64,000 nt of DNA, taken from contig OZ024743.1 in NCBI GenBank assembly GCA_964016885.1, forward strand, positions 262,384,001 to 262,448,000, given 5' to 3'. Positions within the stretch are counted from its first letter, which is position 1. Each line of letters opens with the position of its first letter. The notes under the pieces were generated by a model. The model was not told the DNA's origin. It made no database searches and saw nothing but the letters and a program-made list of their open reading frames with translations. A program made the position numbers and the translations under genes. Below are positions 40,567 through 53,134 of this stretch, piece after piece. This stretch comes from Eledone cirrhosa (Eukaryota).

Positions 40567-42162
40567 ATTTATTAACGCATGGACAGTTATATGACCTCCT
40601 TTTCAGCCGAGAGACATACCAATACATATTCAAACATTGATACATATTCAAACATTGTGGGTCAACATTCATTACAGAATTTAGAGTGGCAGTACACACT
40701 TCGAGATTACATTTATATTAATAGGTACAATCAAAAATCAAAGATATAGGTTAAAGTACAACATGAAGATAAGTGGTTATATAGTGCAAATGTTATATGT
40801 GTGGCACGCATGTGTGTCTTGTTTATATAGTGTGGCAGAGAGATATGCGTGGTAGAGGCACTTAGGTAGGTAAATAAGAGTGTTAGGTTGGTAGATCTGG
40901 TGGCAAAGTCTTTATAAGATTGATATAGTCTGTGTGTGGAGAAATATTATAAGCATTAAAGATAGTGCAAGCATTAAAAGTGTTATAAGTATTGGAGATG
41001 CACAGCGCAGGGATGTCAAGTAATTCATGTACTTCGGCATTTTCATGGTCAAGGGAGTGTATATTTCGATTATATGCCTTTCACATAATCCACGACAATC
41101 CAGTTAGAGATCGTAGTCTGGTGTTCTTTAGTTCGATACAGGAGGTTGTTACGTTTCGAGAAACGCCATTGAATACCGGAAGTGTGTGTGTGGCTAATGG
41201 GAGTTAATGCATGCGGGGAGGTAACTCTGGGGTTTCTATATCTAGCCATTAAAATGTGTCCCAATATAGACCCTAAATTCTATGGTGAGGTGCACCTTCC
41301 AAGAGAGACTTTTAAAGCATAAAGTGTACTAACTATAGAGTAGTTTAACTAAATTATGCTGAAGGTGATCATATTATTATTAAGGTGGATTAACCCATCT
41401 TAAGGTGCTACAAATGGAAATTATAGATGATGAGCGAGGATTCTAAATTAATGATCTCTGTGGTTGTAGTCTGCTCATATGACCAGGCGCGGTGATTGCA
41501 GGATTGCTTCAGGACCCAATGATCTCTGGTAAGATCTGGGTCATCGCTTGCTACATTCAATGGCGTTTCTCGAAACGTAACAACCTCCTGTATCGAACTA
41601 AAGAACACCAGACTACGATCTCTAACTGGATTGTCGTGGATTATGTGAAAGGCATATAATCGAAATATACACTCCCTTGACCATGAAAATGCCGAAGTAC
41701 ATGAATTACTTGACATCCCTGCGCTGTGCATCTCCAATACTTATAACACTTTTAATGCTTGCACTATCTTTAATGCTTATAATATTTCTCCACACACAGA
41801 CTATATCAATCTTATAAAGACTTTGCCACCAGATCTACCAACCTAACACTCTTATTTACCTACCTAAGTGCCTCTACCACACATATCTCTCTGCCACACT
41901 ATATAAACAAGACACACATGCGTGCCACACATATAACATTTGCACTATATAACCACTTATCTTCATGTTGTACTTTAACCTATATCTTTGATTTTTGATT
42001 GTACCTATTAATATAAATGTAATCTCGAAGTGTGTACTGCCACTCTAAATTCTGTAATGAATGTTGACCCACAATGTTTGAATATGTATCAATGTTTGAA
42101 TATGTATTGGTATGTCTCTCGGCTGAAAAGGAGGTCATATAACTGTCCATGCGTTAATAAAT

Positions 42163-42209
42163 TGCTCCGAAGAATCCAAACCTCGGTTTGGAGGAAACAG
42201 CTGTAAGCA
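42163..42209 (+). ncRNA. Minimal type-I hammerhead ribozyme-like motif (U4C variant), right arm
   Basis: tgct CCGAAGA a-tccaaac-ctcg-gtttgga-g GAAA cagctg TA agca: stem I tgct/agca, 7-bp stem II, palindromic stem III ACAGCTGT, GUA triplet. Confidence 0.65.
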
Positions 42210-42240
42210 CAATAATGTTTTGAACAGTTCTTTGATTCTT

Positions 42241-42288
<48 letters not shown>

Positions 42289-43039
42289 GAAGAAAGACGG
42301 TTTTATGTGTACATCTTCTATTTATTACATAATTCTGTTATATGTTTTTCGAAGATGTCAGAGTGGTTGCATAGTAACCTTCTGACATGTCCTCTTCAGA
42401 CAGTTTGAGATTTGTGGTATTTTTATTTTAGATATGCTACTGTTTCAGGGTTGTGTTTACATTGCTGTGGAGTAGTCATATGGTTAGGATTGCTATTCTA
42501 GTATGTATATAGGGAGTGGGAAGCTGTATTGTTGTTGGTATTCTAGGGATTGTAAGTAGGTTAAGGTCATCCCTTCTACAGCTGTTACACACATAACCAA
42601 AACTTCCTTAAGACTTTTCAGATAATGAACAGCATGAAAAGGAAAGAACTGCTATTGCCTTGGTTAACTTCTCTGCATTGCTTTAAAAATATTCCCAAAA
42701 CCTTGAACCAGCTAAGACTATAGGCATTTTCTCATTTACTTGTTTCTCATGATGTGAACAACCAAAAATTGAGTTTTGAAATTGTGAGGATACTCACATT
42801 TGATTGAAGTTATTCCTCCATATGCCATATTCCTATACACTTCATGCAAAATGCCTCCCTCAGGCCTTTTTACCAGTACCCTTTGCATCCCCCCACACAC
42901 ATTATATGGGGACATAGTTTGATCCATGGTAAATTTTCCCCAAGCAATGTCCTCTAAAAGTTCTGCTACCTGATAGCTAGGTGAACCAAAGCAACTAGAA
43001 TAATTATTCTGAGTGAAGCACAGGACAAATTGCTGAATC

Positions 43040-43706
43040 CAGATTTGGGTAACTTATTTTCTGTCAAGTTTTCTTGCTATAACCAGAAGTCTTTGAGAGA
43101 CAAAAGTAGCAATCTTCTGCATAGTTCTTTGACTCCTGCCATACCATAGTAATGCCAAATGCTAGTTGTTTCCTTGTGCCCTTTGTCCATTGGTGTAGAT
43201 TTTCGACACATGGTCTACATACATTGTGTGGGGGCCCATGATTTATCCTGATCACCAAGTTTAAGCATAAAGTAAAAAAACTTGATGTGATATAAAAAAA
43301 AAAATTGTTTTAACTCAGCAGCCCCAAATTACTCAAGAATAGGTCTCAAACTTAGGTCAGCAGAAAATTTTGTTGACCAGTGTTATTCATACAGTGCATA
43401 ATAAAATAGGCATGTGCTATAGAATAAAAACCTGATGTGTTAGAGGAAAATGGATGCCATATTTGAAATCAGCACCACAAAATTAGCTAAAAACAACAAC
43501 AAAATCTAAGTCAGCAAAATGTGTGATGGCCAGTGCTATCTATAAAGAGTCTCCATTCATGAGGAGAACACCCATCACTTTTAACAGTCCCACCATGTGA
43601 TAGAAAAAAAAGTATTGTCATTTCTAAACTCAGCAGCCCCAAATTACTCAAGAACAGGTCTCAAACTTAGGTCAGCAGAAAAAAAGCAAAGTTTTGTTGA
43701 CCAATG
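43040..43706 (-). mobile_element. Probable Chapaev-3 (CMC) DNA transposon relic with three tandem terminal segments
   Basis: Minus ORF PHNVCRPCVENLHQWTKGTRKQLAFGITMVWQESKNYAEDCYFC resembles the Cys-rich N-terminus of these transposases; three similar segments end in ...ccagtg/ccaatg at 43382, 43535 and 43706. Confidence 0.6.
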
Positions 43707-44765
43707 TAATATTTCCTATTCAGAATCTCTCTCCCTCACTCTCTTTCTCTCTTACACGCACACAAAACACCACCAAAAGTAGATTTGAACTCAAAACCTA
43801 CAAATGTATACTGCTGTCTTATTTACCTCCAGTTGTTGGTTCCCTTGCATAGAAGTGATTGCAATCCATGCAATGTTGTTAGATCAGTTACAGCTAATAA
43901 ATTAACAGTTGGTAACAACATAGATTACTAGAGTTAGTAGCAAGTCACTATGAAAGATATGTGTAGGAAGAATTTCACTGAACATACATACACATACTTA
44001 TAAACACATGGAAAAACACACATCTTGCCTAGGATTCAATTAAAAAATAACAACTATATTCTTTATTACATTGTTTTTATTTTGAATTCCAGTCATAAAG
44101 AAAAATGGGTTGTGAAATTAGTGTCCTGAGGTCAGTTTTCACTACTTCTGCCTTGCTTCAGCATCCTGAGGCCAACTTTCATTACTTCTGCACTTGTCTT
44201 CTTTGGCCTTCCTGTTCTGCAGCTTCCTGCTACTATTTCATGCAACAATCACCATCCATATATATATATTATATGTCCATCTCAATGCTATCTTCTCTCC
44301 TGCATGCTACACCTGGAGGTGAAGCATTCATTTTGCTTTTTCTAATAGCTAGAATATACGCAGCTTGCCACACCTGCATATTCATAGATTTCTCTGCTAA
44401 TTGGAGAAGTTGTGCCAACCCATTGTTGAATTAATAGTTAATCATCTAGGAAGCAGTAATTTTGCAAATTCTCATATTTATAACATGTACTTTGATGGAA
44501 TGTTTATCCTTTGCCAACTAACTACTCAACTGAGAAATGAAGCTGTATCAAATTAAAAAGACATGTACACACGCACACACACACACACAATATGTATATG
44601 AAAAAATGAGTGAAATAAAGTAAATATGCAAAGTTGTGAGATGTGAAATTACTTTAATTTGTTCTCCTTTCTATCAATGAACAATAATTCTTTTCATGAC
44701 AAGAAAGTTAATGATACTACTAAATACTAAAATCCAAATTCTTGACTATTTTGAAAATGGTTTAA

Positions 44766-44986
44766 CCCTTTACCATTTAAATCGGCCATATCTGGCCAGA
44801 ATTCTCTCACCTCTTTCTATTCAAACCGGCCATAACCAGCTACTCATACTTATGTTAAGGTATTGTTCTCAAAATAAATAATATCAAAATCTTGTAGATT
44901 CGATACAATGTGAGATAATTATGTGAGGTAAAGTGTTTACTGTGAAAATACAATAGTAAATATAGAGTAATGTAAATGCTAAAGCA
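44766..44986. mobile_element. piggyBac-type MITE family P1, copy 3
   Basis: TTAA ccctttaccattta ... taaatgctaaagca TTAA. Confidence 0.9.
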
Positions 44987-45333
44987 TTAAACATAATAGG
45001 CAGTATTTTTAATTAAAAATATAGTTGCTATTCTCATATTCTTTCACTGGTCCATCATTTAGTCTATCATATCACCCCCAGTACTTATGTTTGATGTCTG
45101 ATACTTATTTTAACGATTTATATATATCAGACAAAAAAACACCAAAATAAATACAGATAAGAAGACACATACACACACATATATTGATGATGCATTCCAT
45201 ACAATTTCCATCTAGCAAATTTCCTTCACAAGGTATTGGTCAGCCTGAGGCTATAGTTAGAAGATAATTGAATCTAAAACCATTTGGTTTCAAAGTGAAG
45301 TCCTTAACCAGCTATGCCAGCACCAATATTATA

Positions 45334-46440
45334 CAGGCTATTAAAAAAACAACACCATTAACCTTAATTACTACTCCAATATTGCTTTTGAAATGCCTTT
45401 CAGGTGATCTTTATTCATGTTCACTATAATGACCCTAATAGCAGACATCGAGTCCTTGGCATTGTAGGCATACTTATTGGTCTCCCTCTCAACGATGCCA
45501 AGACATAGTAGACTAAGGGGAAGGGTTAAATCAGGAGAACTAGGAGGCCAAATATTAAGGGTTACATGATCATGAACATTCTCGGTCATCTTACTCCTAG
45601 GTCGAGTAAGCTGTGAGAGAGGGAGCAGAGTCTTGCTGAAACTCATAAGACCTTCCTTGAGAAACTTTTTTGATCCAGGCTTCACAACCATCTCCAATTT
45701 CTTGATGTAGGCTGTCACATCGACCCTAAGACCTTGCAGAAAAAATGAGGATGCATGACTTTTCTCTCATCGTTCATGACCCAAAAGACCATCACAGACG
45801 ATGGGAACTTGGTATGCTTAACAGTGGGGATTTCAGTGAAGCTGACGCAAAGCCCTCTGTCATTCCTTCTTTCAATTTTGGACAAAGTCTCATCTGAGAA
45901 GACTAGAGTATGTCGAGCTCCTTGGGGTGCTTGAGTTCAGCAAGCACTTTGACTGGATTACACAGTTCTTCTCAATCTTATCAAACATGAACTGCCCTTC
46001 AATATTATTCATAGGGATCATAGGATTTGTACCTGATGTCTTCATGCACCACACATTTGATGGTTGACTCTGAAACATTGAGCTGGTTGGTAATGGCTTT
46101 TGTTGACATGCCAGGATTCTCATTGATCGTGCCCTGAACATGTTGGACAAACTCGACGCTTCTGACAATATTTGACTATAGAAAATGTTTTTTCTTTTAA
46201 CCATAGAGTAAACATTCTCAACAGAAGCCTGGAGTTTTCATCTGATTTTAAATACAAAGGATCTGGTGACATTTGAGAAGGATACAATCTCAGATTCACT
46301 ATGGTTGGCAGCTAAGATGATGGCATACCTTTTCATTGTCTATGTTAGATTCGAAGCTTCCATGTTGGAGATGAAAAAAGAGAGTATATTTAGTTAAAGT
46401 TATGTTATTAAAAGATTTTGTCTCAAATAGTTAATGCACC

Positions 46441-46443
<3 letters not shown>
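45334..46443 (-). mobile_element. Decayed Tc1/mariner transposon
   Basis: TA-flanked cagg.../...caccctg ends; minus-strand remnants TKFPSSVMVF, AYIKKLEMVVKP, NIWPPSSPDL (SPDL motif); multiple frameshifts. Confidence 0.85.
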
Positions 46444-46486
<43 letters not shown>

Positions 46487-48830
46487 TGCCATGGTAAGAA
46501 GCACGCAGTCTATGCTGTTAGGTGGTAGTGCCACAAAAATGAAGGTTAAGAGACATGAAAGGGTTAAACAGTGATGATGATATATATAATCTTTTATTTA
46601 TTGGTCACAGGGGCTGATGATATATGCTGCAAACACCAACTTAATAATGAGAAAGTTAGTTATTTTACTAAATCTTTCCAGATTCATGATTATTTTCAAA
46701 ATTATTTGTAAATCATAGGTGGTGTCTCTCATTATTAATATGGTAATGAAAGGGTTAAAGCTGTCGTCATCCTATGTATGTATTTTTTTCAAACATAATG
46801 TAAAATACTATCTAGTGTATCTTTTCTTTTTGAAGATAGTATAATGCGATTTTGGGGAGAATTGGGTGCTATTTCTAATGTACACCCTCTTCAATTGGCT
46901 TGTAATGATAATGTTCAGCTCTGATCAAGCAGAACTATGGTCAATAACATTTTGCCATTTATTCAGACATAGTGTATCGAGGAACATCATCATCTCTTCT
47001 TGAGTCATCCCTCGATCAAAGGTGAAGCATTCATTTTACTTTTTCTAAAGGCTAGAATATATGCTGTTCGCCACACCTACATACTCATAGATTTCTCTGC
47101 TAACTGGATCAGTTGTGCCAATCCTTTGTTGAATTAATAGTTGATTATCTGTGAAGTCATTGGTATTCATGACATTGAGGTCATCTAATTAACCTGATGA
47201 CCATTGCGTGAGCTACTGCTATGAGACAAGCAGGAACGTAGCTAATACGATTTAACAAATAAAAAAAAAAAAAAAAAATGATGATAAGATATGGTTTGAG
47301 GGAGATCTGTCTGTTATTTCTAGGATATTGAGCAACTATATAGTGGGGCTCCCATCATTCCCTTGCACTTAAGATGAAATACACAGCTGTTGTACTGCTG
47401 CTGCTGTTTATTCCTGTTCTCAATGAAGATTGATGTCTTAATTATGAGCACTTGGTTCAGCAGTTCCTCTCGCTGAGATAGGGTTTCAAAAAACGGTGTA
47501 ACCCTTACTTTGTTGTTTTTAGTTCATTTAGTAATCATTTAATCTAGGTGGGGTACTCACTCAACACCCCTGCTCTCACCCTCACTCTCAATACTTTTTC
47601 TTAGTTTACATTTTCTGGGGATTTTCTATAATTATTTAGCTTTTTAGTCTGTATTGTATGCTGTTAGTAGTAACACAAAAATGAAGTGGGCTTCTATATA
47701 AGTGTGTGTGTACACACACACATGTATGCACGTGCACTCACACACACACATATATATACATATTTCCATGCCGACGTAAGCTTATTTCCTTCATAAACAT
47801 AGATAGGTTGGTGTTTGATGTCTCTACCAAGTGAAGTAACAAGAGTTACATGCCATATCTAGATGCACAACATAATTGAACTCATAACCATGTGTTCTGA
47901 TCCAATTCCATTGTTTGGCATCTTGTGAAAGTGTTTTTTATTATAGCCTCAGGTTGTCCTAAGTGTTGTGGGTGAAATTAGATAGACAGAAACTACATAA
48001 ATGCCTAATATATGATGGATTACATTAACACATAATATCCTATACCATATCAATCTACATTTGCAATCCTGTACCACATGAATTCACATTTGCAAGGTAT
48101 TTTTGAAAAGTACAAAACAATACTTACAACTGCATCACATTAAAAATTGAAGTCTTTGCACTTCTAATATTGCAAATTTTCACAACAATCTACCCACTAA
48201 TAAATATACTATAGACATTTACACTAACAGATGTCTTTAGATATTTTCTGTGAAATCATTACAGGATGTTAAGAGTTAAAGGTACTCATGACTGTGAAAT
48301 ATTCAGCAAAGTGACTTATACTATAATTTAATGAGTATGCAGTTGAGTTGATCAAACAACAGGTATACTCATCAGCAAAACCATTTTTTCTCATCTTATC
48401 TGCAGCTTTTATCCAAGTAATACTATAACAAAGTGGAGGTGTGTGGCCTAGTGGTAATCACAATGTTGTGGGTTCAATTCCTGGACTGAGTTGTGTGTTT
48501 TGTTCTTGAGCAAAATACTTCATTTTATGTTACTCCAGTACACTCAACTGAAAATGAGTACCAGTGATAGCTGGGAGTTTAACCCCATGAACTGGCATCC
48601 TGTCCAGGGGAGAGTCTTGTACTTCACATCACAGAAACTGGCATAAGCATTGGCTTGATGAGCATCTGGGCTCCAGACAGACTTTTTCTTTAGAATACTA
48701 TAACACTTAACCAATAGTGCAGACATGAAAATAATTACATTTATGATAAAACTCAGCAAAGTTTGTTAGTCTTTGTGAACAACTTCCTATGTTATCATGA
48801 GAGACCATAAGCTAACCAAGTCTTCCTTTA

Positions 48831-49066
48831 GACACCCTTAAAATACTGTGTGTGTGTGTGTGTGTGCATGTGTGCATGTGTATGTATTTGTGTGTGCCAA
48901 CAGATGTTGGCCGCCCTTAAAATACTGTCTATGTGTGTGTGTGTGCCAGCAGATGTTAGACACCCTTACAGTACTGTATTTGTGTATGTGTGAGTGTGTG
49001 CAAACAGATGTTGGACAGACACCCTTAAAATACTCTGTATATGTATGTGTGTGTGCCAACAGATGT
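48831..49066. repeat. Tandem repeat of a conserved ~35-bp block separated by variable (TG)n tracts
   Basis: gtgccaacagatgttggacacccttaaaatactgt-like block, 3 full and 2 half copies. Confidence 0.85.
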
Positions 49067-49375
49067 AGATATCAACAACATACACCATTGCTACCTCAAT
49101 GATTCAAGCCTGGAGAGCACAGGAGAAAGCTCTCAGGTGTGCAGAATCCCAGGCATAAGACGCCTTATGGTCCCAATGGAGAAAGTGTTACCAAGAGGAT
49201 AGCGAGGGGGATCCATTTATTTTATGTATTAATAGGTTTTCAAATATTATTTGAGAATCTAAGGTTGGTGTTTACTAGCCCCAAGTAAGCACTGATAGAA
49301 CAAGTCTTTGATTACAAACATTCCAGCCAGAAAAATACATGGCAGAATTGTTAGAGTATCAGAGAAAATACTTTA

Positions 49376-49565
49376 GGAAGGTCAGCTGAAAAGTTCATAA
49401 GCTGACCAAGACACTCTCATGGAATGACCAAATGAGGTTTATTTTTCAACATAGCCCCTAGAAATAAACAATTAATAAGAAGAGTTGAAATTAATGCATG
49501 CAAGATTTCACAACCCTAGCATCACTCCTTTATAGTCGGCCTATGAACTTTTCAGTCAACCCTTG
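49376..49565. mobile_element. mariner-type MITE
   Basis: TA + gaaggtcagctgaaaagttcataagctgac ... gtcggcctatgaacttttcagtcaacccttg + TA; ~30-bp TIRs. Confidence 0.8.
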
Positions 49566-49711
49566 TATGTTCTGAGTTCAAATCCATCCCACCAAGGTTA
49601 ACTTTTCTTTTGTCTTTCCAGGGTTGATAAAATAAAGCACCAGTCAAGTACTAGAGTCAATATAATGGCCTTGTGTCTATGATATAAACTATTGTAATTA
49701 TTGATGTTTAA

Positions 49712-50244
49712 CTCTTTCGCATTTACATTACTTTATATATGGAGGCACATGGTTTAGTGGTTAGAGCATTTGCCTTGCAATCGAAAGTTTGTGAGTTCAA
49801 TTCTCAGACTGGGTGATGTGTTGTTTTCTTGAGCAAGACACCTTATTTCACATTGCTCCAGTTTACTCAGCTGTAGAAATGAGATGATAGGGACCTCAGT
49901 CCCTATCATTCCACTGCAAAGTGGAAAAAAAGCACCCAGCACTCACTGTAAATGAGGTTGGTGTTAGGAAGGGCATCCAGCCAGAATCAGTACCCGTCCC
50001 ACCCTTGCAAGCAAGGAAAAGTTGACGTAAAATGATGATGAATATGATGATGATACTATTATATTTTCTCAGTAAAGGCTTTACCTCGTAATTATCTCAC
50101 ATAATATCGAATCTATGAGATTTTGATATTATTTATTTTGAGAACAATACCTTAACATCAGCATAAATGGCCGGTTATAGACAGTTTGAACAGACACTGG
50201 TGAGAGAATTCTGGCTGGAGACTGCCGGTTTAAATGCTAAAGGG
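49712..50244. mobile_element. MITE family P1, copy 4, split by a SINE
   Basis: TTAA ctctttcgcatttacattactttatatat (to 49740), resumes tactattatattttc at ~50054 and ends taaatgctaaaggg. Confidence 0.88.
49741..50053 (+). mobile_element. tRNA-derived SINE family A nested in MITE P1
   Basis: A-box tggtttagtgg, B-box gagttcaattc, core ttgagcaagacac, RTE-like 3' end, (GAT)n tail. Confidence 0.9.
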
Positions 50245-51361
50245 TTTTAAAATGTGTGAAAGTTCCATAAAACTACTCCAGTATAAATGTGGGTGGTCTG
50301 ATAAATCTAGACTCAGTGTATAGGGGAAGTAAATGATAAAACAGGTGACTGTCTTGAGTAAAGAGTGTATTTGTGTGTAATTAGTAGATAAGACCTGCTA
50401 ACTAGTAGATAATTAGTGTGAGATATTGAGCTACTGATAACAACGCGATGGTTAGAGAAAGAGTAGTGGAAATGGAAAACTATTAATTCTGTTAGAATAT
50501 ATATCTGTCTCTCTCCAAAGCGTAGACGGTATGAGGTACATATTTCATAGATGACAAATTGGCAGCGCATACGACAAAATATGTATGCACTAATATGGTA
50601 TTTGCTCCACCTCTTTGTGTCCTGAGTTCAAATCCCACTGATGTTAACTTTGATCTTTCATCATTCCAGATTGCTAAAATAAAGTATCAGTCCAAGACAC
50701 TGGGATAGCAGAATTGTTAGAGCATTGGATAAAACACCTTGTGGTATATATTCATGGCATCTCTTTATGCTTAGTTTTCAAATCCCACAGTTACCTACTT
50801 TTTTTGGGGGGGGGGGGGGGGGGCTTAATCTATCACCTGGTTTAATACTCATCTGACTGTTAGGTGTTTTTAGCAGAGTCTATTCTGTGTTTAAGTATAT
50901 CACCCCAGCCCTTTAGTCTCAGAGGTCCTAAGAAGGATCAAGAGTACTATAATAATTCTCTCCCTGGCTATATAACATCATCATAACCATTTAATTTCCA
51001 TTTCCTCTATTTACAAAGGTTGTTTGGGTCATTATATACCATATCTCTGACCCATCCACTGGGCTGGGGAGGTCCCACATCTTGTCTATGTTCCTTTACT
51101 CTTCCTAGAGTGCTGGGTCCATTTTATTGACACCTCCTTAGATGGGGGCACACATGGCAATGAAACATGAATGGTGATTGAGGTGAAATCAACAGGTCAA
51201 GTGACCAGGCATATGCTCACTTGTGGTTGAGTGACCAGGTAGATGCTGTCTTGTTTGCTTAAAATAGCTGAGTAGGTCCATTTGATGTGCAATATTAATT
51301 ACAACTTTAGTACTAGATAGCAGAAATGGTAGTGGCCTACACCAAATGACTAACATTAATT

Positions 51362-51540
51362 TGACAGTATTGGTAGAGGGTCGGACGCCATGTTTTGCAG
51401 CATAGAGTTACGGCCCTTTACAGTCTGAGTTCAAATCCCGCCGAGGTTAACTTTTCCTTTCATCCTTACAGGGTCGATAACATAAAGAACCAGTAATGCA
51501 CTGGAATAATTGCTGGCCTTGTGCCAAAAGTAGAAACAAT
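51362..51540 (+). mobile_element. SINE family B copy
   Basis: Close match to 9552-9739. Confidence 0.88.
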
Positions 51541-51952
51541 TTAGTTTCTGCGGTCAAAACCCATCAGGGCTTGGTTTGTCCTTCATCATTCCAGGGTTGC
51601 TAAGTACTAGGAGTGGGTGGGTGTCTATTAAATTGACCTCCCTCCCACACAAATGTATGGCCTTGTGCTTCAGTAAAAATCAAAACAAAAACAAATCCTT
51701 ATCATTCTTGTAATAAACTAGCAGAAATGTGAGAAGGCCAGAGTAAATGCCTAGCAAAGAGATATGTTCTATTCCATAAGGAAGATGAGGTGCTTAACAT
51801 TTCAGATGCTAGCCATTCTTTGAAGAGAGAGAGGATATATATTTATTGTTTAGCTCTAGTTTCTTAACTATTGGAGCGCTTGCCAGTATACTACGATTTT
51901 GCGTTTTGTTTCGCTTTTTCTACTCGCCGAAATACGATTCTCGCTGAATTTA

Positions 51953-52006
<54 letters not shown>

Positions 52007-52182
52007 AAGAGAAATGCCAAATTGTTTGTATTACTTTTTGCCAATACTGAACTCCACTAGTTTCCTTGAATTCCACTGTTTTACTAGTATTTAGATCTTT
52101 CTATATACTAACACTGCTAAGATTAACTTTATGTGACTCTAACATTGCTAAGACAAATACCTCATATAAATATGTATTAGAG

Positions 52183-52366
52183 CAGAGTTTCCCTAACATT
52201 TAAAACGTAGAACCCTTTTTAGTTCAGAAACTTTTGGGGGAACCCTAAAGTCTAATACTGTTATATGGTCGTAATATAAATATACTCCTCTACCTTTTTT
52301 CATGGAACCCCAGACACTCCTTTGCAGAACCCTTTGGTTCCATAGAACCCACTTTGGGAACCACTG
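52183..52366. mobile_element. hAT MITE with 8-bp target-site duplication
   Basis: TSD tattagag / tattcgag; TIR cagagtttccctaa ... tttgggaaccactg; internal gaaccc repeats. Confidence 0.85.
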
Positions 52367-52926
52367 TATTCGAGGAATATAAATTGACCCTAGTAGTTGA
52401 CTGATACTTTACTTTATTTACCTTAGAAGGATGAAAGGGAAAGTATTTTATCTGTTATTATAATTCCATTCCCAAAGGAATGGATTGCAAGATAGTCAGA
52501 ACAACGTACAAAATGTTTTGTAGTATTTGCTTCAGCTTTTTGTGTTCTGAGTTCAAATCCTGCGAGTGTTGACTTCACCTTTCTTGCCATTCAAGTACTG
52601 GGTTTCATTTAATCAACTTTCCCCTTCTGCTCGAATTACTGACTTTGTTCCTAAATTAGAAGCCATTATAATTTCATTCACATCTAACGGTTTATTATTT
52701 CTTTTCTCTTTCTAGTCCAGTAACTCCTGATGAAGTCATAGGGACGCCATAGTGACACAACATTTCTTGAGTATTTTAAATCTGGTGGAGCACATCTCTT
52801 CAGGGCTGAATACAGCTGATTTCTTCCAGAGAAGGAGTGAGGGTGATAGAGAAGAAGTGAGGAAGAGGTATAGAATAATTGACCCCTTTATTGGATTGGT
52901 TACTTTTTTTTTTTTATTGACCTTAA

Positions 52927-53134
52927 CCCTTTAGCTTTTACATTATTCTATATTTACTATTGTATTTTCGCGGTAAAGGCTTTATCTCACATAATATCGA
53001 AGCTATGAGATTATGATATTATTTATTTTGAGAACAATACCTTAACATTAGTATGAGTGGCTAGTTATGGCCGCTTTTAACAGAAAGAGGTGAGAGAATT
53101 TTGGCCGGATATGGCTGGTTTAAATGCTAAAGGG
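52927..53134. mobile_element. piggyBac-type MITE family P1, copy 5
   Basis: TTAA ccctttagctttta ... taaatgctaaaggg TTAA. Confidence 0.92.

Larger units (their letters stand above)
40477..42252. mobile_element. Large fold-back element: 698-bp inverted arms around a 380-bp spacer; probable young Penelope-like insertion
   Basis: Arms 40477-41174 and 41555-42252 are reverse complements with a constant coordinate sum (no net indel) and one substitution noticed (gatatgCgtgg vs gatatgTgtgg); ends in (TA)n; ORFs 40992+ and 41737- are mirror images. Confidence 0.9.

Noticed and set aside
40992-41737. Twin ORFs MEMHSAGMSS... as duplicated genes
   Set aside because: Mirror products of the inverted repeat, with non-ATG starts and no recognisable domain.
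49741-49815. tRNA gene
   Set aside because: A and B boxes belong to a SINE head; no complete cloverleaf and it continues into SINE body.
50805-50823. Poly-G run (also ~62501-62519) as a functional G-quadruplex
   Set aside because: Simple homopolymers with unreliable length and no supporting context.
52722-52755. CTGATGA-a-gtc-atagg-gac hammerhead candidate
   Set aside because: The GAAA box is replaced by GCCA and no convincing stem I or III.
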